A stretch of 64,000 bases of DNA, from positions 71,171 to 135,170 of the forward strand of contig CBDIRF010000010.1 in assembly GCA_965284115.1 (NCBI GenBank), given 5' to 3'. This stretch comes from Devosiaceae bacterium. GTDB taxonomy: Bacteria > Pseudomonadota > Alphaproteobacteria > Rhizobiales > Devosiaceae. The notes under the pieces are model-generated. The model did no database searches. It had not been told where the DNA came from and saw only the letters and a program-made list of their open reading frames with translations. How positions within the stretch are numbered: position 1 is the first letter of the stretch; every line of letters starts with the position of its first letter. Shown here piece by piece: positions 49,862 to 60,186 of the stretch. The position numbers and the translations under genes were made by a program.

Positions 49862-51382
49862 ATGACCGACGCCTCGCCCCCACCGCTGCTCGCCATGCGC
49901 GGCATCTCCAAGAGCTTCGGCGCCAACCCGGTGCTGAAGGGGGTGGATTTCGAGGTGCGGGCCGGCGAGGTGCATGCGTTGCTGGGGGAGAACGGCGCCG
50001 GCAAATCGACGCTGATGAAGATCCTGCTCGGCGTGCACGCCCCGGATGCCGGCGAGATCCTGCTCAACGGCGGGCGGCTCGAAAATTCCAGCACCCGCTC
50101 GCGGCTCGATGCGGGCGTCGCGATGATCTTTCAGGAACTGAGCCTCGTGCCGGCAATGAGCGTTGCCGAGAACATCTTTCTCGGCCGCGAGCCGCGCCGT
50201 TTCGGTGGTCGGGCCGATGGCCGGGCCATGCGGCGCGAAGCGGCGGCGCTGGCGGCCCGGCATGGCTTTGCCATCGCCCCCAAGGCGCGGATCGAGGACT
50301 TGACCTTTGCCGCCCGCCAGCAGGTCGAAATCCTCAAGGCGCTCTCCACCGGCGCCTCGGTGATCGTCATGGACGAGCCGACCTCGTCGCTGACGGTGCG
50401 CGAGGAAGCGGCATTGGCCGAGACCATCACCAGCCTGCGCCGGGCCGGCATCGGCATCGTCTTCATCAGCCACCGCATGGCCGAGATCTTTCGTCTCGCC
50501 GACCGGCTGAGCGTGATGAAGGATGGGTTGTTGCAGGGGCCGTTCGCCATCGGCGAGGTCAGCATTCCCGAGGTATCGCGCATGCTGGCGCGCGGCAGCA
50601 CCGCGGCGGCGGCTCCTATAGGCGAGCGCCAGCTCGGCGACGTGGTGCTTGAGGTGAATGGGCTCGCAACGGCGCGAAAACTCCGCGATGTCTCGTTCAG
50701 CCTGCGCTTAGGCGAGATCGTCGGCATTGCCGGGCTGGTCGGCAGCGGACGCTCGACGCTCTTGAAGGCGCTGTTCGGCCTCGTGCCGGATGCCCGCGGG
50801 GCGATCAGGCTGGGCGGCGAGGCGATTGAAAGCCGGACCGCGCCGGGGCGGATCCGGGCCGGCATGGCCATGGTGCCCGAGGATCGGCGGGGCGAGGGGC
50901 TGGTGCTGCAGCATGCGCTTGGCGCCAATATCGGGCTCCCGAACCTGGCGGACCTGGTTGCCGGGCTGCCGTTCATGGTGTCGCGCCAGAGGGAGCAGGC
51001 GCTGTTCCTCAACTTCCGCGAGGCGCTCAACATCGCCTGCCGCAATGGCGATCAGCCCGCAGGCGAACTCTCGGGTGGCAACCAGCAGAAGATCGTCTTC
51101 GCCAAATGGTTCGCCGCCAACCCGCGGCTGCTGCTGCTCGACGAGCCCACTGCCGGGGTCGATGTCAACGCCAAGGCGGAAATGCGCGCCCTGGTGCGGC
51201 GGGCTGCGGCGCGTGGGCTCGCCGTGCTGCTCGTCACTTCCGAGCTCGATGAATTGGCCGACCTCTCAGACCGTATCCTGTTCGTCGCCGATGGCCGGCT
51301 CATCGAGGGACCAGCTGGGCTCCACGGCGAGGAAACCATCCGCACCCACCTGCAGCATTTGACCGCCCTGGAGGCCGCATGA
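49862..51382 (+). CDS. Sugar ABC ATP-binding protein (two domains)
   Basis: [37 protein letters not shown]. Confidence 0.93.
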   Translation: MTDASPPPLLAMRGISKSFGANPVLKGVDFEVRAGEVHALLGENGAGKSTLMKILLGVHAPDAGEILLNGGRLENSSTRSRLDAGVAMIFQELSLVPAMSVAENIFLGREPRRFGGRADGRAMRREAAALAARHGFAIAPKARIEDLTFAARQQVEILKALSTGASVIVMDEPTSSLTVREEAALAETITSLRRAGIGIVFISHRMAEIFRLADRLSVMKDGLLQGPFAIGEVSIPEVSRMLARGSTAAAAPIGERQLGDVVLEVNGLATARKLRDVSFSLRLGEIVGIAGLVGSGRSTLLKALFGLVPDARGAIRLGGEAIESRTAPGRIRAGMAMVPEDRRGEGLVLQHALGANIGLPNLADLVAGLPFMVSRQREQALFLNFREALNIACRNGDQPAGELSGGNQQKIVFAKWFAANPRLLLLDEPTAGVDVNAKAEMRALVRRAAARGLAVLLVTSELDELADLSDRILFVADGRLIEGPAGLHGEETIRTHLQHLTALEAA

Positions 51383-52350
51383 CCGATGCCCTGACGCCCG
51401 CCGCCGCGCTGGCCGACCACCCGTGGCGCGGCCGCCTGCTACGGCTGGCGCGCGACCACATCACCTTCATCGTCTTTGCGCTGATCACGCTGTTCTTCGT
51501 ACTCTATGCGCCGAACTTCGCCTCGCTGCAGACCGCCAACGCCATCGGCCGGATCACCGCGGTGGTGTCGATCATGGCGGTCGGCATGACCATGGTGATC
51601 ATGTGCCGCGAGATCGACCTGTCGGTGGGCGCCCATGCCAGCCTCGCGGCGATGCTCGGCGCCATGCTGATGGGCACTGGCATCCACCCCTGGCTCGCCA
51701 TTCCCATCGTCATTGCCGGCGGCATGCTGGTGGGGCTGGTCAACGGGCTGATCGTCACCCGGCTGCGCATCCCGTCCTTCCTCGTGACGCTGGGGATGAT
51801 GAGCATCCTGTCGGGCACGGCGCTCACCCTCACCAACTCGCTGCCGGTGCCGATCGGCGATCGGAGCCTCGGCCAGATCATGAGCAACGGCACGCTGCTC
51901 GGGCTGCCCGCGGCGATCTGGTGGACCATCGGCTTTGCCACCGTGGGCTTTTACATCCTCAACGTCTCGGTGATCGGCCGGCATATGGCGGCGACCGGCG
52001 GCAATGAAACGGCGGCGCGCTTTTCCGGCATCAATGTCGATCGGGCCAAGATCGTCGCCTTCGCGCTGTGTGGTGGCTGCGCCGCCTTTGCCGGCTTCAT
52101 GCTGGCGGGGCGGGCTTCCGCCGGCAACCCGACGGTCGGCGTCGGGCTCGAGCTCAACGTCATCGCCGCGGTGATCATCGGCGGCACCAGCCTCTTCGGT
52201 GGGCGCGGTTCGGTCATCGGTTCGGTGATCGGCGCGGTGTTCATCGGCATCCTGGCCTTCGGCCTCGTGGTCCTCGGCCTCTCCACCACCATCCAGGAGA
52301 TCGTCAAGGGCGTCATCATCATCCTCGCCGTCTCCCTCAACCGCCGATAA
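51379..52350 (+). CDS. Sugar ABC permease
   Basis: EIDLSVG, IPSFLVTLG, VIIGGTSLFGGRG. Confidence 0.93.
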   Translation: MTDALTPAAALADHPWRGRLLRLARDHITFIVFALITLFFVLYAPNFASLQTANAIGRITAVVSIMAVGMTMVIMCREIDLSVGAHASLAAMLGAMLMGTGIHPWLAIPIVIAGGMLVGLVNGLIVTRLRIPSFLVTLGMMSILSGTALTLTNSLPVPIGDRSLGQIMSNGTLLGLPAAIWWTIGFATVGFYILNVSVIGRHMAATGGNETAARFSGINVDRAKIVAFALCGGCAAFAGFMLAGRASAGNPTVGVGLELNVIAAVIIGGTSLFGGRGSVIGSVIGAVFIGILAFGLVVLGLSTTIQEIVKGVIIILAVSLNRR

Positions 52351-52353
52351 GCC

Positions 52354-53802
52354 ATGCACAGCACGTTTCCTCCGATCGAAGGCCGCATGTTCATCGGCGG
52401 CCACTGGACCACCGGCGCCGCCAGCGGCTGGATCGAGGTGTGCTCGCCCGCCACCGAGGAACTGGTCGGGCGGGTCCCCGCCGGCACCGCTGCCGATGCC
52501 GAGGCAGCGCTCGCCGCCGCCAGGGCGGCGCAACCGGCCTGGGCGGGGCTGCCGCCGATCGAACGGGCGCGGCATTTGCGGCGTCTCGCCGGGCTGATCG
52601 AACGTGACCGCGAGCTGATTGCTACGCTGGTCACCCGCGAGCAGGGCAAACCACTCGCCCATGCGCGGGGCGAGGTGGACGCATGCGTTGGCCTGATCGG
52701 TTTTGCCGCCGACAGCGCCCGCTTCATCGAAGGCGAGATCGTCCCCTCCGATATCGCCGGCGAGGAGCTGTGGTTACGCCGGGTGCCCTATGGCGTTGCC
52801 GTCGGGCTCACCGCCTGGAACTTCCCGATCGCACTCGCCGGCCGCAAGCTCGGGCCGGCGCTGGTGGCCGGCAACACCATGGTGATGAAGGCGCATGAGC
52901 TGACGCCGCTGGCGCTGCTCGAAATCGGCCGGCTGGCCGAGGAGGCCGGCCTGCCGCCTGGGGTGTTCAACATCGTCACCGGCGCCGGCCAGCCAGTGGG
53001 CGAGGCGCTGGTCAGGAGCCCCGGCTCCGACCTCGTGACGCTCACCGGCAGCGTGCGGGCCGGCAGCGAGATCCAGCGCGCCGCGGGTTTCAAAGCTATT
53101 CGGCTCGAGCTGGGTGGCAAGGCGCCGTTCATCGTCATGGCCGATGCCGATCTCGAGGCGGCGGTCGAGGCCGCCGTCAGCAGCCGTTTCTTCAACTGCG
53201 GCCAGGTCTGCACCTGCAATGAGCGGATGTACCTCGATCGCCGCATTGCCGATCGGTTCATGGAGCGGTTCCTCGCCCGCGTCGCCGCCTTGCGGCTCGG
53301 CGATCCGCTCGGCGATGTCGATATGGGGCCCAAGATCAGCCACTCCGAGCGCGACAAGGTCGCCGCCATGGTGGATGCGGCCGTGGCCGGCGGGGCGGAG
53401 CTGCTGGCGGGCGGCAAGGTGCCGGCGGGTGAGCGCTTCGCGCGCGGCCATTGGTATGAACCGACGGTGCTGCGGGCGACGGACAATCTCAGCCCGATTA
53501 TGCAGGACGAGATTTTCGGCCCCGTGCTGCCCTATCTCGAGGTGGCCGATTTCGATGAGGCGCTGCTCCTCGCCAACCAATCGGCCTATGGCCTCTCGGC
53601 CTATCTGTTCACCAGCGATCTCAACACCGTCATGCGCTTCAACCGTGAGAGCGCCTTCGGCGAACTCTATATCAACCGTGGGGCAGGGGAGCTGGTGCAG
53701 GGCTTCCATTCCGGCTGGAAGCTCTCCGGCCTCGGCGGCGAGGACGGCCGGCACGGGCTCGACAATTATCTCAGGAAGAAAGTCGCCTATGTGCGCGCCT
53801 GA
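52354..53802 (+). CDS. aldA: Aldehyde dehydrogenase (AldA lactaldehyde/glycolaldehyde-like)
   Basis: TAWNFP, LELGGKAP, NCGQVCTCNER, EIFGP, FGELYINR...QGFH.GWK.SG.GGEDG. Confidence 0.8.
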   Translation: MHSTFPPIEGRMFIGGHWTTGAASGWIEVCSPATEELVGRVPAGTAADAEAALAAARAAQPAWAGLPPIERARHLRRLAGLIERDRELIATLVTREQGKPLAHARGEVDACVGLIGFAADSARFIEGEIVPSDIAGEELWLRRVPYGVAVGLTAWNFPIALAGRKLGPALVAGNTMVMKAHELTPLALLEIGRLAEEAGLPPGVFNIVTGAGQPVGEALVRSPGSDLVTLTGSVRAGSEIQRAAGFKAIRLELGGKAPFIVMADADLEAAVEAAVSSRFFNCGQVCTCNERMYLDRRIADRFMERFLARVAALRLGDPLGDVDMGPKISHSERDKVAAMVDAAVAGGAELLAGGKVPAGERFARGHWYEPTVLRATDNLSPIMQDEIFGPVLPYLEVADFDEALLLANQSAYGLSAYLFTSDLNTVMRFNRESAFGELYINRGAGELVQGFHSGWKLSGLGGEDGRHGLDNYLRKKVAYVRA

Positions 53803-54130
53803 GCCGTTTGCCGTCGCCGATGCCGGCGCGTGGGTGAGCATTGCGCCTGGCAAGGCGCGCCGCGTGCGGCTCCACACGCCGCAGCTGATGCAGGTCGAAG
53901 CGCGGATCGCCGCCGGCCTCGCCACGCCGAGCCACAGTCATCCGCACGTGCAGGTGAGCTTCGTGCTCAGCGGCCGCATCCGGGTGACGGTCGGAGACCA
54001 GATGGCCGAACTCGGCCCCGGCGATAGTTTTGTCGTCGCCTCCGGGGTGGAGCATGGGGCCACGGCGCTGAGCGATGTGACATTGCTGGATACGTTTACG
54101 CCGGCGCGCGAAGAGTTTCTGGCCGGTTAG
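53789..54130 (+). CDS. Cupin (KdgF-like)
   Basis: HSHPH.Q.SFV.SG, L.PGDS...SGV.HG, LD.FTPARE.FL. Confidence 0.85.
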   Translation: MCAPEPFAVADAGAWVSIAPGKARRVRLHTPQLMQVEARIAAGLATPSHSHPHVQVSFVLSGRIRVTVGDQMAELGPGDSFVVASGVEHGATALSDVTLLDTFTPAREEFLAG

Positions 54131-54160
54131 TCACCCGGCCGCGGCGGCGACCACCAATGC

Positions 54161-54196
54161 GAGCCACCAGACTCTCCACGGAGAAGCCGGTGGCTC
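54161..54196. terminator. Hairpin between convergent genes
   Basis: gagccacc ... ggtggctc inverted repeat. Confidence 0.45.
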
Positions 54197-54226
54197 TTCG
54201 TAGGATGGCGTCGTCGAGCTATCGCC

Positions 54227-54415
54227 TCAATGTACCGCTTCGCCCTTTTCGTGCACGCGGGCTTTGATCTCGTCGACCATGTTGGGACGGATCAGCTCTT
54301 CGCCATGCGCGCTGCGCAGGTGGTCGGCGGCGCGGCGGACGATTTCGGCGGTGTCCTTGGCCTCGGTGTGCCAGGTGCAGCCGGGAACCAGGGTGCCACA
54401 TTCGAACGATTTCAT
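54227..54415 (-). CDS. DUF1059 family small protein
   Basis: MKSFECGTLVPGC.W...A....E......H....HG. Confidence 0.85.
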   Translation of the reverse strand: MKSFECGTLVPGCTWHTEAKDTAEIVRRAADHLRSAHGEELIRPNMVDEIKARVHEKGEAVH

Positions 54416-54534
54416 GATCGGGCTCCATCGTTGGTGGCAGGCCAGCAGGCCACAGGAATGCGGCGAGGGCGGGGCCGCGGTTTCGGCGGCAATACGCGCG
54501 CAATTGCATTCAATTATTCACCAAAGCGCTACGA

Positions 54535-55746
54535 ATGTCCGGCGTAGATGATCGCGACGAGACAAGACTATCCGCGACGAAGGGTGCCGTGCCGCAAATA
54601 TCAGAGCCGACAGACCGGGGCACGGTCGTCTTCGTGTGCGACCCGCACTGGGAAGGGCATGGCAAGGCGATGGCCGGAAAGCTCGGCGCGCCGGTGCATC
54701 TGCTGTCCGAGCTTACTCTCGATGATCTTGCCGATGCCGAGCAGGTGGTGGTCGATGTCGACCTGCGCGATATGAACTCGGTCGGCCAGTTGAAGCATGC
54801 GCTCGATCGGGTGCCGGCGATCAAGGCACGCACCTTCCTGATCGATGCGGGCGGCAACGAGCGGCTGCTGCGGGTGCAGGCCAATGCGCTGGGCGCGACC
54901 CGCCACATGGTGCGGAAGTTCGCGCTCAACGAGTTGCGGCGCGAGTATTCTGTCACCGGACGAGCCCGCCGCAGCCCGGCGGCTGAGGCGGCGCTCGAGG
55001 CCGATGCGGGCGGCGTATCGATCGCCGAGGCCGAGCGCTCGCTCGAAGTGCTGTTCGAGGGGATGCTCGGCGATGCGCCGGTGCCGCCGCAGGCGGTGTC
55101 GCAGGCGGCGGCAGGCGTCTTGGCAAGCGTCGCGGCGGTCGGAGCCGATGCCTGGCTCGCCTCGGTGCGCAGGCACCACGAGGGGACGTTCCAGCATTGC
55201 CTCCTGGTGACCGGCGTTGCTGCCGGGTTCGCCAAGGGGGCGAAGCTCGGCGGTGGGCAGGCCGCGGCGCTGATGAATGCAGCGCTGCTGCACGATGTCG
55301 GCAAGGCAGTGATCCCGCGCCACATCCTCGACAAACCGGGCAAGCTGACGCCCGAGGAGTTCGAAGCGGTAAAACTCCATCCCGGCGCCGGGTTCGACTA
55401 TCTCAGCAAGCATGGCAACGTGCAGCCGCTGGTGCTCGACGCAGTGCGGCATCACCACGAGGCGCTCGATGGCAGCGGCTATCCCGACAGGCTCAAGGGG
55501 GAGCAAATCGGGCCGCTGACCCGCATCCTCACGGTCTGCGACATCTTCGCGGCGCTGATCGAGACCCGGCCCTACAAACAAACCCGGACCTCTCGCGAGG
55601 CGGTCAGCATGCTGGTCGATATGAGCATCAGCAGCAAGGTCGACTATGCCGCGGTGCGGACGCTGGGCGCGAGCTTCGGGGTGCCGCTGCCGGAGCAGTT
55701 CGGCGACGTGGTGCGCGGTTTTGCCGTCACCCGGCCGCACGGCTGA
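54535..55746 (+). CDS. HD-GYP domain phosphodiesterase
   Basis: LLHDVGK..IP..IL.KPGKLT, HHE..DGSGYP, D.F.AL...RPYK. Confidence 0.92.
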   Translation: MSGVDDRDETRLSATKGAVPQISEPTDRGTVVFVCDPHWEGHGKAMAGKLGAPVHLLSELTLDDLADAEQVVVDVDLRDMNSVGQLKHALDRVPAIKARTFLIDAGGNERLLRVQANALGATRHMVRKFALNELRREYSVTGRARRSPAAEAALEADAGGVSIAEAERSLEVLFEGMLGDAPVPPQAVSQAAAGVLASVAAVGADAWLASVRRHHEGTFQHCLLVTGVAAGFAKGAKLGGGQAAALMNAALLHDVGKAVIPRHILDKPGKLTPEEFEAVKLHPGAGFDYLSKHGNVQPLVLDAVRHHHEALDGSGYPDRLKGEQIGPLTRILTVCDIFAALIETRPYKQTRTSREAVSMLVDMSISSKVDYAAVRTLGASFGVPLPEQFGDVVRGFAVTRPHG

Positions 55747-55770
55747 TCGCGCCGTCGAGACGACCTGCGC

Positions 55771-57252
55771 TCAGTCCGGCAGGAAGAAGGCCGGGTGTGA
55801 TTCCCTGACGGCTTCAACCGTCGGCCCTTTCGCGAGCAGCGCCGGGTTTGCTGCCGCTGGAATGTCCAGGGAGAACGCCACAGCGAGCAGCGTCATCGCC
55901 GTGCCGTAGTCCCACCTTGCGATGTAGAGATCGGCGAGGTCCGTCCAGTACCAGGGATTGTAGGGATAGGCCTCGAGGGTCCGCAGCATCAGCGGCAGCG
56001 GATCGGCCGGCAGGCCGGCGGCGGCGGACTCGCCCTGGAACGCGCCGCCAAACCTCAACAGTGCCAGCGCGAACGCCTGTCCCAGCACCGGATCATCCGC
56101 GATTGTCGAATCCTGAGCCGCCTTCATGGCTGCCATCGCCAGCCCCGGATTGCCCGACTGCTCTGCCACGGCGATCGTGAGGGCGCCCTTTACTGCCGGG
56201 TCGACCTCGGCGAAGGTCATCGCATTGGCGGCCAGGACGCAGGCGGCGGTCTTGCTGTCGGGCGAGCACCCCTGCAGCAGCTCCGGGAACATGGCCGATG
56301 TCGGAAGCAGCGCAAGTATGGCGCGGCTGGGGGAGCCATCTTGCCCCATTGCATTGAGGCGCTGCTCCCAGATCGCGCTGGTCGGGACGCCGCCATCCGC
56401 GGTGCCGGCGATTGCCGCCTCTGCCAATGAGGCGAGCTCGGGAGACGTGGTCGCCGCGAGCTGCGCTGCCGATGCGTTCTTGAGCTCAGCCGTCAGCGGG
56501 TAGGGCGTGGCGCTCGGAGCCGAGGTCTCCAATGTCAGGGTCACTGTTACCGCGCGTCCCAGCTGTTCGTAGAACACCTGGATCTGGCGCGGCACCGACT
56601 GCATGTCCGCCAGCTCGGCGGCAAGCGCCGGATGCAGTGGAAAGGTGGTGACCAGCGTCGGCCAAAGCGCTGCAGGAACGGCCCCACCATCACTACGTTG
56701 GATGATGCCGACGGTACGCCCGTTGCAGGCGGCGGTGATCGAGCTTTCCTCGCGATCGATCGAGACATTGCCACGAAAGGCGTCACCCTCGCGTAACCGC
56801 GACGACAATGCCGTTTCTGCATCGCAGGCACCGCCCATCGTGTCGTCGCCGGCACCGGCCAACTCGACCAGGTTCGCCAAGACCTTGCGGTTGCCGATCT
56901 CTGCCGCGAGAAACGCCGCCTGGGCGACCTTGCTGCCGACGGTGAAGCTACCCCGGGAAATGTCGATGACGAACAAACTCATCAATCGATAGTCATACAG
57001 AACGGTTTGGCTGCCGTCGTTGTACAGAGCCCAGTCGTCGGCAACATCGATCACGATCGTCGCGATCTGCTCGGCCTCGGCATTGATTTTGGTGGTGCGC
57101 CGAAAGGTCACTCGCTGCGTGGCGTTTTGTGGGGCGCCGCGTTGCAGAGAAAGTTCCGGCGGTGCTGCAAACGGATTGAGGAAGGGGATCTCCGCCGACT
57201 GGCCGGATGTTGCCCAGAACAGCATCGCTGCCAGTAGTGCCAGCCTCCACAC
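55771..57252 (-). CDS. Exported hypothetical protein with C-terminal TPR-like helix
   Basis: 493-aa ORF, signal peptide, YPYNPWYW.DLA..Y; RBS gagggg. Confidence 0.7.
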   Translation of the reverse strand: MWRLALLAAMLFWATSGQSAEIPFLNPFAAPPELSLQRGAPQNATQRVTFRRTTKINAEAEQIATIVIDVADDWALYNDGSQTVLYDYRLMSLFVIDISRGSFTVGSKVAQAAFLAAEIGNRKVLANLVELAGAGDDTMGGACDAETALSSRLREGDAFRGNVSIDREESSITAACNGRTVGIIQRSDGGAVPAALWPTLVTTFPLHPALAAELADMQSVPRQIQVFYEQLGRAVTVTLTLETSAPSATPYPLTAELKNASAAQLAATTSPELASLAEAAIAGTADGGVPTSAIWEQRLNAMGQDGSPSRAILALLPTSAMFPELLQGCSPDSKTAACVLAANAMTFAEVDPAVKGALTIAVAEQSGNPGLAMAAMKAAQDSTIADDPVLGQAFALALLRFGGAFQGESAAAGLPADPLPLMLRTLEAYPYNPWYWTDLADLYIARWDYGTAMTLLAVAFSLDIPAAANPALLAKGPTVEAVRESHPAFFLPD

Positions 57253-57316
57253 GGTCTCGTCCCCCTCGGATAGCTGAGGTTACACTGAATTCCGGCGGCG
57301 CCGCCAACGAAAGCTT

Positions 57317-58504
57317 TCACTCATCGTCGAAGACGCCGAGCGGGCTGAGGCCACGAATGGCCGTGCCGTCCGCGGTGCGGATCACCTCGCGCGGGACGAT
57401 GCCGCTGGCCTCGGCAATGGCCTCGGCCAGCGGTTGCGAGTGGGTGACCACCCAGATCTGGGCGCGCTCGGCGCCCTTGACGATGGTGTGGGCCAGCGCC
57501 GGCAAGAGGCTCGGGTGGAGGCTCGCTTCGGGTTCGTTCAGCGCGATGAAGGGCGGCAGGCGGTAGGAGAGCAGGGCGCCCATCAGGGCGAGGAACTGCA
57601 GCGTGCCGTCGGACAGCTCATGCGCGGCGAAGCGGCGTTTGGGCAGATCCGGAAACGTCATGCCGAAGCTCGCGTGTTCGCCAGGTTCGGGCACATCGAG
57701 CAGCGCACCGGGGAACGCGGCATCGATGGCTGCATCGAGGTCGACGCTTTCCTGCCGGATGTGCCGGAGCGTCGCGAACACCGCAGCGAGGTTGCTGCCA
57801 TCGGAACTCAGTGTCGGTGACGTGACGGCGAGCGCCGGACGGCGGAGGGGCGAGTCCACGTCGGTGCGGAAGCTATGAAAGAAGCGCCAGCCGGCGATGA
57901 TGGTGCGAACGGCGTCGATCTCCGGGAAGCCACCGCGCAGGGAGGAGAGGGCGGTTTCGCTGGCGAGGAACTGATCACCGACATTCTGCCGCTTGCCGCT
58001 CGAATCGCGGGCCCATGCGGCCGACCCCTTGCGCTCCATCAGGGTCACCTTGCGGCCGCCCTGCAGCAGGTAGAGACCTTCCTCCTTTACCTGCGCCTCG
58101 GTGGCGAAGGCCGCCGATACGATGGTCGGAAAGCCCATCTGGTCGCTGTACTGGATCGGAAACCCCAGGTCGGCGCCATAGCCGAGGCCGCCCTCGGTCA
58201 GGTCGTCGATGGTCGCCTCGAGCACCAGCCGGCGCTTCTCGTGAGACTTGAGCTCGCCGGCATACATCACCGAGCCGAGCCCACCTTCGCGGGCGATTTC
58301 CTGGGCCAGCGTGCCACGGGCGGCGGCGTTCAGCAGCTCAAGTGCGCGGTAGAGGTTGGTCTTGCCCACGCCATTGCCCCCGACCAGCACGGTGAGGCGC
58401 CGTACGGGCATGTGGAGGCGATGGATCGAGCGATAGCCGATGATGCCGATATCGGTGAGCAAGGCGTCTTCCGGTTGCAGTTGCGGAGCCGGAAGGTGTA
58501 GCAA
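57317..58504 (-). CDS. ABC/SMC-like AAA family ATPase
   Basis: GYRSI, Walker A GGNGVGKT, LSDGT, LNEPE.SLHP, VTHS; start uncertain. Confidence 0.88.
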   Translation of the reverse strand: MLHLPAPQLQPEDALLTDIGIIGYRSIHRLHMPVRRLTVLVGGNGVGKTNLYRALELLNAAARGTLAQEIAREGGLGSVMYAGELKSHEKRRLVLEATIDDLTEGGLGYGADLGFPIQYSDQMGFPTIVSAAFATEAQVKEEGLYLLQGGRKVTLMERKGSAAWARDSSGKRQNVGDQFLASETALSSLRGGFPEIDAVRTIIAGWRFFHSFRTDVDSPLRRPALAVTSPTLSSDGSNLAAVFATLRHIRQESVDLDAAIDAAFPGALLDVPEPGEHASFGMTFPDLPKRRFAAHELSDGTLQFLALMGALLSYRLPPFIALNEPEASLHPSLLPALAHTIVKGAERAQIWVVTHSQPLAEAIAEASGIVPREVIRTADGTAIRGLSPLGVFDDE

Positions 58505-58576
58505 ATCAGTGGCCTGCGTCGAGCAGTTCAGCGGCCCGCCGATGAGGCGGACCGCTTGGGTAGAGCGATGCGGGGG

Positions 58577-58993
58577 TTATGAAATGTAGAGCTGCACCGA
58601 GCCGTTGCCGGTGGGCGCGATGTCGATGACCTGGTTGACCGCGATGTGGTTGCGGGCGAGCAGGTGCATCGCCGCCGGATCGGCCTTCAGCGCCTCGCGC
58701 AGCAGGTGGATCGACTGGTCGCTGGCATTGAGGGCGTCAAACGCCTTCTCGGAGTTGCCACCATCGCTCCAGGCGGTGTCGAACTTCACCACCGACACCG
58801 ACTTGGCGCCCAGCAGGTCGGCAATATCCTGGCGGTTGAACACCTGTATCTGCGGATCGAAGCTATCGACCGACATGCCGCTATTGGGCTTGGCGAGCGA
58901 GAATGCCGGGGCCGAAGCAAAGGCCGGGGCGGCTGCCATCAGGAGCACCGCGGCCGCAGCCGTGGCTCCCACACCCTTCAGAGTTTTGTTCAT
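58577..58993 (-). CDS. Secreted hypothetical protein
   Basis: Signal peptide (..APAFA/S), RBS ggag, typical codon usage. Confidence 0.75.
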   Translation of the reverse strand: MNKTLKGVGATAAAAVLLMAAAPAFASAPAFSLAKPNSGMSVDSFDPQIQVFNRQDIADLLGAKSVSVVKFDTAWSDGGNSEKAFDALNASDQSIHLLREALKADPAAMHLLARNHIAVNQVIDIAPTGNGSVQLYIS

Positions 58994-59185
58994 CTTGAAC
59001 TCCACGTGCAGCGAAGCTGAAGCGCGGTTCCGTTGCGCTGGCTGGAACCGTTCGGGGGTGCGATTTTGCACCGGCCCGAAGAATTCAGGCACGCCCCAAC
59101 GGCCCCGGTAGTTTCCGGCGGCTTAAGCTTCGGCAAGGTTGGTAAGGTTGGGGCTTCCCGGCTGACAGGCTGGTGCGGGAAGAAT

Positions 59186-59296
59186 ACCCCCACCCCTGTC
59201 CCCTCCCCGCAAGGGGGAGGGTGACGCCAAGACCACAGCCGGTGAGAAACGAAGACTTGCAAGCGCAGATCTCCTCCCCCGCCACGCCGGGGAGGA
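59186..59296. repeat. Palindromic intergenic repeat
   Basis: acccccacccctgtcccctccccgcaagggggaggg ... tcctcccccgccacgccggggagga. Confidence 0.75.
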
Positions 59297-59316
59297 TATC
59301 GGAGAGGCCGGTGCCT

Positions 59317-60186
59317 TTACGGCCAGCGGACTTCCGGGGGCATGGAGGAGAGAATCGAGGTGACGTTGCCGCCGGTCTTCAGGCCGAAGGTGGTGCCGCG
59401 GTCGTAGAGCAGGTTGAACTCGACATAGCGGCCGCGGCGGATCAGTTGCTCATTGCGATCGGCCTCGGTCCATGGCGTCTCGAAATTGCGGCGGGCGAGG
59501 GCCGGGTAGACGTCGAGGAAGGCGCGGCCGACATCCCTCGTGAAGGCGAAGTCATTGTCCCAGCTGCCGGAATTGTGCTGGTCGTAGAAAATCCCGCCAA
59601 TGCCGCGCGGCTCCTGGCGGTGCGGCAGGTAGAAGTACTCGTCGCACCACTTCTTATAGGCGGCGTAATCGACGCCGTGCGCGTCGCAGGCCGCCTTGTA
59701 GGCGGCGTGGAAATCGAGGCTGTCGGGGTCGTCCTGGGTGCGCCGGCGATCCAGCACCGGGGTCAGGTCACCGCCGCCGCCGAACCACCATTTGCCGGTG
59801 ACGATCATCCGGGTGTTCATGTGCGCGGCCGGAACATTGGGGTTCCAGGGGTGGATGATCACCGAGACGCCGGCGCTCCAGAACTCGGTGCCCGCCTCGG
59901 TATGCGGCATCTGGCGGGCGAACTCCTCGGAGAAGTGACCATGCACGGTGGAGATGTGGACGCCGGCTTTCTCGAACACCCGCCCATGCAACAGGCCCAT
60001 CTCGCCACCGCCACCGGCCTCGCGCTGCCACGGCTCGATCTCGAACCGGCCGGCCGGCCGGTCGGCATGCGGTCCCTGCACGTCGGCCTCGATGGCTTCG
60101 AGGCTTTGGCAGAGCTGGTCGCGAAAACTCCGGAACCAGGCCGCGGCCAGTTGCTTTTTTGATTCAATATCGGCGGGTAATGTCAT
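59317..60186 (-). CDS. hemF: Oxygen-dependent coproporphyrinogen III oxidase
   Basis: [49 protein letters not shown]. Confidence 0.97.
   Translation of the reverse strand: MTLPADIESKKQLAAAWFRSFRDQLCQSLEAIEADVQGPHADRPAGRFEIEPWQREAGGGGEMGLLHGRVFEKAGVHISTVHGHFSEEFARQMPHTEAGTEFWSAGVSVIIHPWNPNVPAAHMNTRMIVTGKWWFGGGGDLTPVLDRRRTQDDPDSLDFHAAYKAACDAHGVDYAAYKKWCDEYFYLPHRQEPRGIGGIFYDQHNSGSWDNDFAFTRDVGRAFLDVYPALARRNFETPWTEADRNEQLIRRGRYVEFNLLYDRGTTFGLKTGGNVTSILSSMPPEVRWP

Noticed and set aside
57317-58504. Anti-phage defence ATPase system
   Set aside because: No partner nuclease, TOPRIM or DUF4276-type gene is adjacent; resembles a widespread standalone ATPase
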